A stretch of DNA of 64,000 nt from Octopus vulgaris (GCA_951406725.2 OX597830.1:49042001-49106000); one strand, 5' to 3'. Shown: positions 27,771 to 42,400, counted from the stretch's first letter. Notes: generated by a model not told the origin, from the sequence alone. Translations and numbers: made by a program.

Positions 27771-28059
27771 ATAAACCTGATGGACGATTTTGAGTAGCAG
27801 ACCAGGTTTTGTTACATTCGCAACTTACACAGATTGAAATTTCCTCGCATTCAAAATTGAAACCCTTTGCTAACAAACTTTACAAGAAACTCTATTTTAA
27901 AACCGATTAAACTTGAAGATCAAATGTTGTACTAAAGTACAACATATATGCGGCATTCATATGCATGTATTTGTAAAGTTAACAACGATGCTTTATTTTT
28001 ATCAACACAGACAGGTCCCCTACATATGCAGTTTTGATTTACCTGAGTACTAAAAATGT

Positions 28060-28323
28060 GGAGGTGCGTGGCTTGGTGGTTAGGTCGTTGGACTCATGAT
28101 CGTAAGATTGTTGATTCGATTACTGGACCTGGCGACACGGTCCAGGAGAAAAAAAAACGCTTCACTTCGCGTTGCACCAGTTCACTGAAGAGGCAAAAAT
28201 TAGTAATCCTGTAACGGACCGGCGTCCCGTTCAGGGAGGGAATTTACACGCCATGGAATCTGGGAATCCGGCCTTTATGAGTCAGCATGACTCAGGAAGG
28301 TAACTTTACCTTATCTTTTACCT
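28060..28323 (+). mobile_element. tRNA-derived SINE family C with TSD
   Basis: A-box tggcttggtgg, B-box-like gattcgattac, (TTTACC)-like tail. TSD agtactaaaaa at 28046-28056 and 28324-28334. Confidence 0.85.
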
Positions 28324-28344
28324 AGTACTAAAAAGGTTCCTCAC

Positions 28345-28461
28345 CTGGGTCCCAGTTATTTTTAGCCTGATACTTATTTTATCGGTATTTTATTTTGTTG
28401 AACCGCTAAGTTACGAAGACCCAAACAGACCAAGACGGGTTATCAAGGGATGGTAGGGGAC

Positions 28462-28499
<38 letters not shown>

Positions 28500-28695
28500 A
28501 GAGAGAGGGAGAAAGACACACACACATACATACGACTGGCTTCTTCCAGTTTCTGTCTACCAAATCCAATAATAAGGGTTTGGTCGGCTTGATGCTAGCG
28601 TAGAAGACACTTGCTCAAGGTTCCACGCAGTGGGAATGAACTCGGAACCATCCATGTGGTGAGGAGCCAAGCTTCTTACCTCACAGCCACTCCTA
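28345..28695 (-). mobile_element. SINE family B, 3'-truncated
   Basis: Reverse complement begins aggagtggctgtgaggtaagaagcttgg and contains ccttgagcaagtgtcttc. Confidence 0.85.
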
Positions 28696-30701
28696 GGCCG
28701 GCTCTACGCGCGCACACAGATATAATCTTCAGCTCCTGCACAGGGAGAGGTATGATCAAATGACGACAAAATTTCCTCCTGGTAATCAAATCACTCAGCA
28801 TATACATTAATTAGGTAACAAAGCTTGATCAGTTAAAAATAGCAGCTAAATCTTACTTAACTTACTGCCTACTAACGTAAAAAAATTCGAGTCGTACTGG
28901 ATAATATATTCTGAGATAGGCAATGCCTTTCAATCTAGATCTGCTTGTTCAATGCTGACCTGTAGCTAAATAACTTCATTCACCTAAAGTTAAATAGAAA
29001 TGCCTGTATCAAAACATTGAAAAGGTCGAGAAGAATGTCAGAGAAGACATTTGTAATGAAATGTCACCATTATTATAACGTTATTGAACGTTGTATACAA
29101 ATGTGTGTTTGTGTGAATGTATGTCTGCATACATGACTAAGTATAAAGGATAAACATACACAAAAACCCAAACCTGTGGATTATCTTGAAGATTTTCACC
29201 GTAGAATAGCCTACAGCTGCTTTGTAATATCTCCTACGAGATAAATTCATGGTACCTATATGTATCAGCGAAAGTTACAAACCGGATACACTTCTGATAA
29301 TACGTTATAAGCCGTCCAAGTTTATATGAAACTCCGAGTCTCTATTCACTGCATCGTCGATACTCTTAAAGAGTTCCAAGCACATATATGCCATGAAGAA
29401 CGTTCATGACAATAGAACCTGCCTTACTCCATGAATTACAAAATACAACGGAAAATGCTTCGAAATTGCTTATCAAATCAAAGTTTTCGATGTTAATCCA
29501 GTTAGTAGAATATATTCCAAAGAAATTATATTGATGTCTGTCAGTACATGATTACAACCAATCGATGTTCCAGATATAAAATTTATGGCTCTTGTTATTC
29601 CTCATAAGAAGACGGCTATAGTTAATAATATTTTTAATTTGATTTTTCCCCCCATTCTGAAGTAGCTCTATTGAATGTCTACTCATTTCTCTGAGCCATT
29701 ATAATGACTAGAATTTTTATTAGGTAATCAAGTCTGTCAGCTCTTTATATACAATTTCAGTAAGTATCCTCTTGTTGATTGCTTTAATGATAAGATACAT
29801 TGCTTATGATACCTGGAAGCCTGTTTTATTCACCAATTAGATGCTTAATTGTCTTCTTCCGAAATGAATTGAAAGATAGCAATTATGTGACACTTTCTCG
29901 AACAAATTGAAAACTGACTTTATCGGAAGTCGGATTCACTTAAATTAAGGTCTAGTGAAGAATAAGGTCAACAACTAACGCAACACTAACCTTATTGGTT
30001 GTTAGAATAGAAGTAATACGCTAGATATAACGACAGCAATACTGGTGACAGCGGTACGTTACTTGTCCTTTGTTAATATACTTCTCTTTCTCTGCCTTCT
30101 CCTCATCATCGCCGTCGTCGTCTCCTTCTCCGCTTTCTCGTAAACATCATTGTCGTCGTCATGATCATCGCTGCAACGGAACTGGAAAATTCAACGAGAA
30201 AATAAAATAACAGAAACACTAATGAATGAAATGAAATTCTGTTCACTGAAGAAAATAAAAACGCGATTCTGTTCCTGTCGCTGCAAAGCCCCTCATTGGA
30301 TCCGACAGAGCAGTCCTATGCTTGCAGGTTGGAGATCAAACGACTAGGGGTGACCCGCACATCATCTATTCCAAGGATGAGGATCATAGTACACAGTTTG
30401 ACATGCGCGGGTGAAGTGGTCTGAAATGCAACATGGCGTGCAGTGGTGAGTAACAGGAGGAACTGCGTACTGTATTATTGTATGTTTGTAGATTCAGATG
30501 GTGGCAGAGGCGGGAAAGAGGGTTTCGTCAGGGAATTACTTTTCATTTACTGTTGATGGTTCGAATCCCAGAACAATCTTTCGACTTAGTGAAGCTCTTA
30601 ATGTTGCTGCGACCGTGTTTTTAGCCCGGTGCTGTCATAAATGTTTTTTTTTTTAAGTTTCCATGACGGGAGATGGTTTTACGTGTGGTGACAAATGTAA
30701 A

Positions 30702-31170
30702 CAACACCGGGCAAAGTGCTTAGCGGCATTTTGTCCGTTGTTACGTTCTGAGGTCAAATTCCGCCGACGTCAACTTTGCTATTCCTCCTTCGGAAGTCGA
30801 TAAAATAATACCAGTTGAACACTGGGGTCGAAATTGTTGGCCTTGTGCTAAAATTTGAAACCAATATATTAACTGTTTTGTTTCATTGCAACGATTCAGG
30901 CATAACATTTTGGCCAGCACAGGAATTGGTGACTATAAATCTATTGGAATATACTCGATAAAAATTAAAGCAATGAAACAAAACAGTTGATATATTGGTT
31001 TCAAATTTTAGCACAAGGCCAACAATTTCGACCCCAGTGTTCAACTGATATTATTTTATCGACTTCCGAAGGATGAATAGCAAAGTCGACTTCAGCGGAA
31101 TTTGAACTCAGAACATAACAACGGACAAAATGCCGCTAAGCACTTTGCCCGGTGTTGCAACGATTCAGCC
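30702..31170. mobile_element. Two family A SINE copies forming a 188-bp inverted duplication
   Basis: 30702-30889 (+) and 30970-31157 (-) are reverse complements with a few substitutions and an 80-bp spacer. Confidence 0.88.
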
Positions 31171-31174
31171 ATAT

Positions 31175-31240
31175 AAGTACCAGTCACGCACTGAGGTCGA
31201 TGTAATCGACTAGCCCCCTCCCCTCAAATTTCTGGCCTTG
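31175..31240 (+). mobile_element. SINE family A 3' fragment
   Basis: aagtaccagtcacgcactgaggtcgatgtaatcgact...aaatttctggccttg. Confidence 0.7.
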
Positions 31241-32975
31241 AACCCCTGAGAGGATTTAGTTTTAGGTCTTAAGGTTCTGAACTCCAACTTCACTTCTCCC
31301 GGCCGCTGGCCTTTACTGTCATGCACTAACAATATCCTGGTATCCGTCCATCAGACTAAATACACCCCCCACTAGACACTCAAATACCAGTTTTAAAAAT
31401 TAAAACTCATTATTAATTCAACACCATATATCCAGTACCACACAAAAATTCCTTCCAGTCCTAATAATGACCAATTCACTCAATCTTCGTGGTTAATGGT
31501 AATGGGGGAATCGTTAATCCTCTACAAGGGAGTCTTTATGTGGTCACTCGAGATACTAGAAATAGCAGTAAAATCTCCCTCGAATCGTACTCTACCAGTT
31601 TAAATTAGGCATAAAATACAAGCATAGATGTTGTAGTTTTGAAATATATATTTTAAAATGGTTTTTAGTGGTTTCACTCATCAAACTGCGGCTAAGCTTG
31701 AGTATCTATTTCAACAATATTAAACCAATGTTTATATCAACAAAGAGTTATTTTTGACACAACACTGATGTTGTGTTCAGTATTTACTCAAAGACATGGA
31801 CTGTACATAAGCATTTATGGACACAGTCAAAAACTTTTATGTATATTGTGGTCAACCCGAGACTATAGTAGATACTTGCTCAAGATTCCAGAACAACGCT
31901 ATTGCGAAGAGAAATTCTTAAATTCCCAGCCACACCTGCACCCTTCCTTGTTTAAGCCGCCAGGATTCAATTCGATGGATGTAGCTTCAAGCAAATCGAT
32001 CAACTACATAAATGGTCTTCTATGTCTCGTATAAGTTATTATTCAATGGTTATAATGAAAGCTAAACAAATATTCTATGGGAACCTACAAGAGTAATAAC
32101 AGAGAAAAACTGATACAATATTGAAAGCTTACAGTTTTCGATTTTTTTCGCTTTCACTGACAAAGAAATATAGATAAAATTAATAATTTATGTATCATAA
32201 CCTTCCATGAAAAAGAGGAATAAATGTTGGGAAAAGAAAGTCAGATATGACCTGTTACGGTCACATAGGGCGCCAGCTGTACTATATTCATTATGAAAGA
32301 AAAACGAATGGTTTTCTCATTGGAGATAAAAAAAAATTGATAAAGTTATCACCGTCTAAATTTGTTGTCGTATTTTGAACTAATCAGTCTCTTCGACAGA
32401 CTGATGTTTCTTAATTATATTAGGGGGGGAACTGTGAAAAAGAAATGTCTAACTTTAAACAACTAACTAAAGATTGTTATAGTTCATTACAAAGCCAAAA
32501 CATTGATAACGAAGCGAGACATACGACCTTCCTGATTGTCAATCAGAATGATGGAAGAGATGGTGAGTATCTTAAGAGAAGAGTTTCAGTAAAATGTGAT
32601 TGGCAGTGCAGGGTATAAGAGGAGAAAGGGTACGGTCGATATATCATGTATCAATGCGCAAACAGAATATGACATGCAGACGACAGGCAAATTGGTGATA
32701 ACATCAACCATTCTTGCGTTGACAGCATGATATATTACACAAACACAGACAAGCATACATGTGCACTTACACACAAATGCTTCTATCCTTCTTTCCATCT
32801 CTCTGTACATATATGTATACATACGTTCACAGATACAACAATATACATGCACAATAATATATAAGCAATGTCGATATATACAAAACGTGTGTGCACCGTT
32901 CTTCCTTTGAGTCAACAGACGTGTGAGCATATATAAATACAATATTCAACAGGAGAGAAGAAAAGAGAGAGAGAG

Positions 32976-33008
<33 letters not shown>

Positions 33009-33148
33009 ACGATTGAAGGGGAAAGTGAAAGATAAATGTTCATATTAAGATGTACGTATGACGTTACTGTTAGCAACACACGTTTCCACAAACACACATA
33101 CACACACGTAAATACGCATAGACACACACATATAGAGAAGTTTGTTTA

Positions 33149-33184
<36 letters not shown>

Positions 33185-33185
<1 letters not shown>

Positions 33186-33365
33186 GCCATGATAGATCGT
33201 TAGCCACTACACACATTTTTTTCTCTCCTTGTTTCTCTCCTTTTTTTTTCTGTGTCCCTTTTTGTAGAAGAGCGTAGGCTCGAAACGTAAAAGACTTTTT
33301 CAATTCCTGAGCGTTATACTAACACATCTGTTTGTTTTGTACACCACATGCCTTCGCCTTTTGTA
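33185..33365 (+). mobile_element. Short Penelope-LTR-like repeat with a hammerhead-like motif
   Basis: 33258-33293: cttt TTGTAGA a GAGC gtag GCTC GAAA cg TA aaag. Similar to 44490-44700. Starts next to (TA)n. Confidence 0.55.
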
Positions 33366-35579
33366 GTATGATGGTGATCAATGTCTAGGAAACCTTAAGA
33401 ATTGTTGGTTGAGTCAACCATTATAATCACACAAATATGCACACATATTTACTGATGTTTCTAGGACTTGTTTTAGAAATATGTTTCTAGTAATTATAGT
33501 ACCTTCCCTTAGTATAATACTCTTCGTAGTTCATATTTTCAGTGCGTAGTGGATATAAGTAAGAATACACAAAATACATATAATATTTATACACATGTAT
33601 AAATAGTCCCCATATAATTGCATAGAAGCATTGATACAAATATATGTATTATATTTCTGGACGAACACAGGAATTTCGTTAAATATGATAATAAAAAACC
33701 ATGTAGTCTGACATGTTGACATCTCCTCCTTGTATGTTTAGAATCACGCAATATATAAAAATAAAACACCATGAATTTACAGTTAGAGACGAATCCGCTA
33801 CGTGGTCACTCGCCATGCTAGAAGATGCAGCGAAAATCTCTTTTGAACTACACCCTAAAGAAAGGAGCACAATGTAAACCGCGATATACTCAACCTAAAA
33901 AAGAGTAAATGTTGTGGTCAGGCTTGGGATGCCCTAAAATTAGCACCATCCCAGAGTTCAATCTGATCCGAGGTATTCATGTTATTGCTGCAGAATCTGC
34001 AGCCGAAATATCAATCAGTGTTGAGTCATCAATATATCAATCAGTATGTTTGTAGTATAAACGAATGCAAATACAGTCTTCAGTGTTACATCATCAATGT
34101 TCAAACGATTAGATACATATTCATTTTGTCTTGACCATGAACAATGGTACAGAGAGAGAGTGAGTGAGAGAGTGAGAGAGAGAGAGAGAGAGTGTGGGAA
34201 GAAAGAGAGGGAGAGAGAAAGAGAGAAAAAGAGAGAGATCAGGATATATTCTAATATATATATATACACTTTGAATCAAGAGTGAAACTACGTCTCGTTG
34301 TTCACTTTGCCAATTCTATTTTACGCCGTTTTCTAATTAGAACCCCCCATTATGTTTAGAGTTGCTAATCTACAAAACATCTTCCGGTACAACACCAGCA
34401 ATAGCAGCTGGAAATGTATACTGCAAGCAATTTTTAAAATTTAGTTTCAGATTTATAATCAGAACTTTGTTCACCACAACTATTTAATCAATTTAAACGT
34501 TATCACCCATTAAATCAAAATTATTCTTTCCACCGAAGTTATGTTTAAAACTTGTAATAATACCGGAGAATGAATATTCGCGATAAAACTTACATTTCCA
34601 ACAAAACAGGTCTGGAATTATGAAGGAATGTAGTTCCTGTTATTCATTATCTAAATTCGTCAATTCTCTCATCTCATACAAAAACTGCAGGTAATAGCTA
34701 CGTAAAAGTACTGCTTCATTAATAAGTAGGTAAAATTCTTTGAAGATAAAATGTGAGCATATTTAATATTGCAGAGCATTAAGAAATCTAATCCAGAAAT
34801 ATAAATGTTGTGGAGAAAATACTATTAATCATCGACTAATTATTATTCATTTTCCTATCAATATTATTTTTTTCAGTTTACCTTTAAAACACGAATATAA
34901 TTTTTTAAAAGACATGTTGCATTTTTGCCCTGAAGGAGTCGTGATCGAGTTACTGAATAATATACAGAAATGTAGATTTTGTTGGGGAAGAAATATAAAC
35001 TTCAAAAATTAAACGAACAAGTTTTGTCACAGTTTGTATAGTGATAGTAGTTTGACATCAATTTCAATTTGTTTTTTTACAAAAGCAATCATTTTGTTTA
35101 AAGTGATCCTATATAACCATTTTCAATTACAAATAAGTTGGCAACACTTCTATAGTCATACTATTATTGTTAGTGGTGTTACTATTGCTTATTTTGTTGT
35201 TATTGATGCTAGTCTTGTTGCTCCTTGATGTTAGGGCGCAGAAGTCGAATTCCTGGGATCTTGGTACCGTGACTTTTTAACAAAATACGCTGGAATAGTT
35301 GCTTGTCGCCGACTGACTAAAAATATACGAATATTGTAGGATTTGAACTTTGCATCATTAGTGTAAATTTACGAAATACGCATTAATTCGTAGATGTAGG
35401 AAGATTATATAATTGATTTATGATGGTAAATCACACCTGATTAAATCTTGGTGGATAAAGCTATCAAGAGATAAGCGTTTTGCTTATGAACTCAGCATAA
35501 TTGTAGTAGATTTAAAATCACCTTTTGGCCTATGGATGACTTTACTGGAGATAGTACTGATGGAAATATTGAAACCACA

Positions 35580-38010
35580 TGCCTGACAGGGATTTTTCGG
35601 GATGTCTTGGTACACTGACACGCGGCACACCTTCCTAGTTATCAAAAGCTAAAACTAGATCCATTAGATAATTCTACTTTCTCTGATATCTGGGTTTTCT
35701 TGATTCCACTTATCCATTCCTCATAACTCGCATATCACGTAACACATTTCTTCCTGGGACAAATCTCTCAACCCACTTCCATTGTCCATGTCTGATGTTC
35801 AATCCGAAATTGGTGTCTGCTGCTAATGCCTAAGTATATTCCACTCACTTGGATTTTCTAAATCAAAGTTCCCACCTCCATTCCTCCAAATACACAACAT
35901 TCTTCAACCGTTCTCTGTCCCCTTTAAATACCACAGCCGCCATCTCTTTCACCGCATCAATTTTTTATCTCTGAAATCATAATTTTCGTTCATTTCAAAT
36001 CTCATCCTTACATTTATTCTAGACTGATGTTGCTAATGCAGAAACTGAGTCTTTCGGAATCCTCAATTCTCTTCATCTAGAACTTTCACTCCATACACAC
36101 ATCTCCGACCGATATTCAGACACTCCCAACAAATTTGAACTTTTTCTCAACCCCCCAACCAAATTTTATCAGCCCTCGTCATCCCTGCATCTACTGGGTT
36201 GTACAACCACTGCTTTATCACAACGCCACGTCAGATACATCCAAATATTGTGTAATGCCTACTTTCCGCTGCCAATGACACTTCAAATCAGTTGACTAGT
36301 TGGACCCACACATGTTCTATGCTAGAAATTTCTGGAAGTTCGTCTTTTACCGCTGACTTCTAAACGGGTGACTGAAACTATCTCCTTATGCAAGTCTCTT
36401 TAAATCCCACCCCACAGCCAATACTCACTTTCCTAAATTCTCCAAGCATGTCGCTTATAGTTATGAATGCGACACTTCAAAGGCCACGGTCTACAATACT
36501 TGGAGAAAATAAATCACGCCTAAAAACTATACGAGTTTCTTACCTTGTATTGCAAGAATGTCAGTCGAACCACGAATGATACAACACATTAGAGGGCACA
36601 ACCACTATCACCTTTCAAAGTGTATCTGATTCTGTTAGTCCCTGCCCTAAAGAATCGCTAGCACATTCGCTGAATCCTCATTTTCACCACTTACACTAAT
36701 GACGCTTCTGCAAACAGCAACCCCTACTCTACACATTCAAAGCAAAACTATCCCTTTCCATTGCACAATACTCACCATCAGGCGCACAATACTTCAATTG
36801 ACAAAATATCTCCCGTCTCTTCAAAGCAACTTGGTCTGAGCTTATCCTCCCCAGTGCTCTGAATCGATGAGTATCGTCTCTAGCCACTATCCACAGAAAA
36901 CTCTTCAGTGTCATTAATTCTACAGTGACATATTGGTAAAATTGCCGCAATATGTCCCATTTCCAAGCAGAGTAAAACCATTAACCATACCAACTACCAA
37001 TCTATTTAAATCAATTCCAATATTTCGAATGTGATAGGCACAACCATCGTCAACAAACTATTTCAAAACTTTCGGCATTTCTCCGTCAATAATGATCATC
37101 AGTATACTTTTCTTAAATCCAAATCCCTGGGGACCATATCTATTATGACAGAATTTATTTTGATCCTGAGAAGGATAATTTATTGATTTTGATCGATGGT
37201 TTCCTGTAGTGCTGTGTAAAGATGAAACTATCTCTAGCCCATATTTTATCAATTCTGTTGGTTTTTTTTTCAGTTTTCTCGCACTCTTCTTTTGTACGTC
37301 GATGATCAACTTGCTGTCACCTCTAAAAACGCTCAGTGGTTGCAACCAACATGCATCCACATGCAACCTAGACACCTCACGCCAAATTCGTTGTCCAGAA
37401 ACTCCAGAAACATACTCTGATGGGACGATGCCAATTTTGTCTCCTTGAACAGCAAAGAACTCGGTCCCCGCATTTCGGAGAACCATCAACAAACTGCGGG
37501 TTTATCCGAGAGAAGAAAAACCCAAAACACTGGAAATACTGCATCAGAAAGACAGGCCTTCATTTTCAGAATAAAACAATATTTCGAACAACAACTATTC
37601 TTTACAAAACTCAACGTGATCTATCATGGGTTACTCCTACAATATCTGAAATAGTGTTGTTGTTGCAACATCAGAAATAGTGGTACTACAACTCAGATGT
37701 CGTAGACAACATCCAATTGTAGGCCACTTAGTTGATTCTCATTAAATTTCTCCGAAACACACTTCAGTTTCTGACTCACAGACCTGCTGTCTCCTTTCCC
37801 GGCATTTTTACCGCTACACCGTTGGCCTTATGGTCATGGAAGTGGCATGCGTTGTACTCCCGTTTCTCTCATATTTTTCATTCACTTGTTTTACCGCTCC
37901 TAAACACAAACACATATTGTCGCTTTATCCAGAATCAACACTCTCAAACTACTACCCTGATTTCTTTCCTTCACGCAGCGTTACATCTAAGAATTTATCC
38001 TTGCAGCTGT
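35580..38010 (+). mobile_element. Very decayed CR1/L2-like LINE (endonuclease-RT ORF2)
   Basis: Faint motifs in the expected order: SDRYSDTPNKFELFL (about 36105, resembling PTR......LDLFL), DKISP (about 36800), NYQSI (about 36992, resembling NYRPI), NDHQYTF (about 37091, resembling SDHQYGF). Many stops. Confidence 0.45.
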
Positions 38011-38710
38011 CGATTTGCAGATATCCGAGAAGTATGATAACGATATCAAACTGTCATCGGTGTAGGAGGTCACACGAAAATCAAGAGCACGACCGAAAGT
38101 CTTCAAATAAAAAAGTAAATAAAGGAATAAATAAATACAAAATAAAGAAACTTACAATTTAAGCTTTGCCATTGTCTAACCTCACGAACACTGCACGATA
38201 ATATGGCACTGAGAATAGATATTTTTAATGTTTCAACGGTGTTTCTTGCACACATGAAAAGCTATCTAACAAACAAATGTACATCTAAGTCTGTTCAGTC
38301 ACAAAAGCTGAATATATTTAATACTGTCACGCTATGGACTTGTTAGATTATGCAAGCAACGTTGATTCCGTGGTGAGAATTTTTAAATAGCTTGCTCTGG
38401 GATACGAAACAACACCTACATGTGGTATATGCTAATGAATCATATCACACGATATTAGTGTCCTTAATTCCATAGCTAAGATATCCACACACACACACAC
38501 ACATACACTCGTATGTATATATATATATACATACACACACACACTCGTATGTATACACACACACACTCGTATGTATACACACACACACATATATATATAT
38601 ACATATATGTATGTGTATATATGTGTGCATATATATGTATATATATACAGATATATATATATCTGTGTATGTATATGCATATGTCCACACACACGTTTCT
38701 CTCTCACTCA

Positions 38711-38744
<34 letters not shown>

Positions 38745-39699
38745 CTATATATATGCATGTATGCACACATGTCTGTGTGTGTATATATATACGTATGTGC
38801 GTGTGTAAGTATGCCTCAATCTACATTAAACATCGATGGTGTTGCTCGGCAGCATACGTAACGAATAAGTTACATGTTTATCGCTAGATAACAGCAGAAA
38901 TGGAGGAAGAAGTCACATCAACAAGTTTTCGGTGTTTTTAACGCAGTGAAACAACTTTTAATGAAGGTTTTGTTTTGTATTTCTGAGCAATTATTTACAT
39001 CAGTTTCAGAACAACAGTTGTTTTTGTATTATTATGTTTCGTAAGATGAAATCTCATGATCTCTAGTTTTATTATTTTCTTACAACATACCATTATGTTT
39101 CTGACCGAGAAAAGAATTTCTACCTGTTTGCGTGACCTTGTCATATTATTCAAATGATAGACAACTATTTTTGACAGTTTCTCTTTACTTGTCTGAAGAA
39201 TTTGATCTCTTTCTTTTCCCTCTTCTTTTCTTTCTCCTCTTATTTTTCATGATCATGAAATACATGAAATATTTGCTAATTTCGAATCTTGGCGTTACTT
39301 TTCGTTGCTTGTTTGTTGCTTCGCTTGTTTAAGCACACATAAGTGATTTGTTTGAAGTTGTAGGCTACATACAACATATGTGTAGGCCAGTGGCAAACAA
39401 TTTCGTTTCAATACCTGAAGTTCCAGTATCGATTCCACTGTTGTAAGAAGCCTTTTAAATGAAACTGGGAAGGTGGAAATTGTGTACAAATCTTTTAAGA
39501 GACAAAAGTTTATTACAAAATAGAAAGAAAATGAGGAACCTGGTTTTTCTTTTTTAAATTTCTCTTGAGAAAATTTACAAATAAATACTTTTCTCTGCTA
39601 AATTTTAACAAGTTACTTTCTTTACAATCCGAAATGTCACGTATCTATCTATCATTGCTTTTACATCGTACCCTCGCTCAAAATACAATAATATATTAT

Positions 39700-40090
39700 T
39701 TATAACATTTAAACACAAAGAAACTAGTAAAAAAGAGAGATTAGAAAGGAAAAAAAGAAAAGAAAAGGGTGGAGAGCGTAAAGCAACAGAAAATGGAGTG
39801 GAAGTGAGCGATGGTCTACATACCCCAGAAGAAACGGTCTGGACAGCCTCGCCCCGCGGTGATAATCGCGATGGCGTTGCCGCGGAGAATGGCCAGCGAT
39901 ACTCGTTGCAGTAGCGATTCCATATCGTGGGGTTCATTTCTCTGACGGGACTCCGTTATCCTTATTTCGCGGAGGAAATCGGTAAGTATGGGGTCCTAAA
40001 ACACCTGACGTCTCGAGGGTAACCGGCAGGAACTGATAGCAGCCGGCCAAGCCCCTGGATTTCGTCATTTCCCATCCTCCGAGTACCTTG
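39700..40090 (-). mobile_element. CRE-clade non-LTR retrotransposon 3' fragment
   Basis: Minus strand GLAGCYQFLPVTLETSGVLGPHTYRF, then ESLLQRVSLAILRGNAIAII. These match the CRE F.P...ET.G..G and L.QRLS.A..RGNA terminal motifs. Confidence 0.75.
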
Positions 40091-40344
40091 TAATTCAAAG
40101 TCCAAACTCGTCACATCCACTACCATAATGTTTCTATTTGAGAACTCTATTCAGGATTCAGGTATCTGTAGAACCAGTCGAGTTGAATATTCCGCAAACC
40201 AGATGGTAGATTAGCTGATTGAACATTTGTATGATCATCAAAACTGAGGGAGGGTCCATCATTTGTACAGCTGAATATTTTGTTGACGCATTGATTTGAC
40301 TATACCTGTAATAGATACGGATGCAATGTCATATATGTATTACA

Positions 40345-40570
40345 GGCAGCGAGCTGGCAGAATCGTTAGCACTGTGGCCAAAATGCTTAGCATCATTTCG
40401 TCCGTCTTTACGTTACGAGGTCAAATTCCAACGAGGCCGACTTTGCCTTTCATTTCTTCGGGGTCGATAAAATAAGTAATGAGTACCAGTTCAACACCGG
40501 GGTCAATGTAATCAACTTATTAATTCTCTCGAAACTGCTGGCCTTGTGCTAAAGTTCGAAATTAATATTA
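40345..40570 (+). mobile_element. SINE family A, alternative tail
   Basis: ggcagcgagctggcagaatcgttagc...gactttgcctttcatt...gctggccttgtgctaaagttcgaaa. Confidence 0.87.
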
Positions 40571-40646
40571 TATATATATATATATTAGCATGTATATTTA
40601 TTTGTACATGTGAATGTAGTACTATATATGCATTGAATGTTTGTGT

Positions 40647-40687
<41 letters not shown>

Positions 40688-41059
40688 ACTGTAGTATTAT
40701 ATACATATTGGTATGAGGACTAGGTTTCATTGTAGGTGTTTGTGCGTGAGTTAGTATGACTTTTTGTGCGTATACTTGGGTGTGTTTGTGAATGTGCGTT
40801 TTGTGTGTGTATGTTTGTTGTATGTGTGTGTATGTGTGTGTGTGTGTGATTTCGGGGGCGTGTGATTGTGATTGTTGCATTTGATTTACTTTTAGCTTAC
40901 ATACATCAGTGTTTGGTGTTTACTGGGCTGCTGTATTATGGGCGTGTACCAGTTTGAATTTGTGGTCATTACCCAATGTATGTTTTTATGTTCTTTTATT
41001 TAGTCAGATCAATTAAAAGTGAAGAGGAACAAGTTGATACTGAGTTTCTGTGAAACTTT

Positions 41060-41116
41060 GTATGTATGTATGTATGTATGTATGTATGTACGTACGTATG
41101 TATGTTTGTATGTATG

Positions 41117-41150
<34 letters not shown>

Positions 41151-41244
41151 TGTATGTATGTATGTATGTATGTATGTTTGTATGTATGTATATATGTATG
41201 CATGTATGTATGTGTGTATGTATGCATGTATGTATTTATGTATG
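41060..41244. repeat. (TATG)n microsatellite
   Basis: Directly visible. Confidence 0.95.
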
Positions 41245-41299
41245 TTGTCGGTCCTGCCCGAGTAGACGAATAGATTCTTAATGTCGTGGAACTGACAAA

Positions 41300-42400
41300 T
41301 TTACACTTACATCTAAACCAGTCACGTCTGAGTGATTTCGAAAGTGTCCGCTTTTCATTAATCAAACAAATTCACTTCAGGAGGCAACAAAATCCGGCAA
41401 CTCTTACCACATTAGACTATGGCAGGTGTAACAATTTCCTCGAAAACAGCCTAAACTTCAATTAATGGAAAGTACCTGACGAGATGCTGAACAATATTAA
41501 CAATGTTGGACGCCAAATTACCTCTAAACTTGGCATGCAAGCCATGTGAACTCTATTTCTCTCTAAAAGACCACAAGCGTTCTTCTGCCGTAACCTAATT
41601 ATCCAAATGATCATTAAATCCAATACTGGCCGCAAAAAAGCGCTTTTAATGAGATGAAATGCTACACTTCTATTGATACATGATGCAAGTGAAACCACCG
41701 ACGCAAACACCACGTAAGATAGCATAGTATAAATCCTCTGCAACACAGATGTCAAGGCTTTCATTACTGGAACTTCTCTTTTGCAATAACAATTCCCAAC
41801 CAAACTATCGTTACCTCATAATTTACCCTAGAAACAGAGGTACTCTTCTATAATCGACTCCCCCCAGCTTAGGGCAGAATATCGATTTTCCAACATGGTA
41901 AAACTCAACCGACTTAGAACGCACTTGGATAGCCCTTACAACAGTAACAATAAATTAAAGCTTGCCCCCTTAACTCACATTGCTTTGAGAAGAATATTTT
42001 TTATATATGCAATATCGAAACAAACTCTCCCAACAGCATACCTCAGACTGACCCCTACCAGCACTCATCTACATTCCAGAATTCTACCAAAAGCTCCGCG
42101 TTACTATCTCGACACATTTGGCCTCTCCATGATAACCACGTACCCTGCCATGGCGTATTGTTACGAAGACATTACTATGCTATGGCGGCTATTATCCATG
42201 TGTTTAATGTGCAGCCCGGTGTTTCCAGATACTACTCAGCAAACTCATTACCATCTGAAGATACAAGACTTTCGAAACTTTCCTCTGCCACCAGCGTTCG
42301 CACGACCCATGAGAATACCGTGCATTTGCACCATCTACGTACTCGTACATAACAAATGCCTAAACACACCATTGACATTCTCTGCTTGCTTCATAACATC
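41300..42400 (+). mobile_element. Possible decayed L1/Tx1-type ORF2 3' region
   Basis: HSRILPK...YLDTFGL...CYEDI...CLMCSPV loosely resembles the C-terminal Cys/His region of L1/Tx1 ORF2. Short similarity to about 24600-24780 (ctcag.aaactcatt). Weak. Confidence 0.3.

Noticed and set aside
37058-37492. 144-aa minus-strand ORF
   Set aside because: It is antisense to the decayed CR1/L2-like remnant and has no recognisable motifs.
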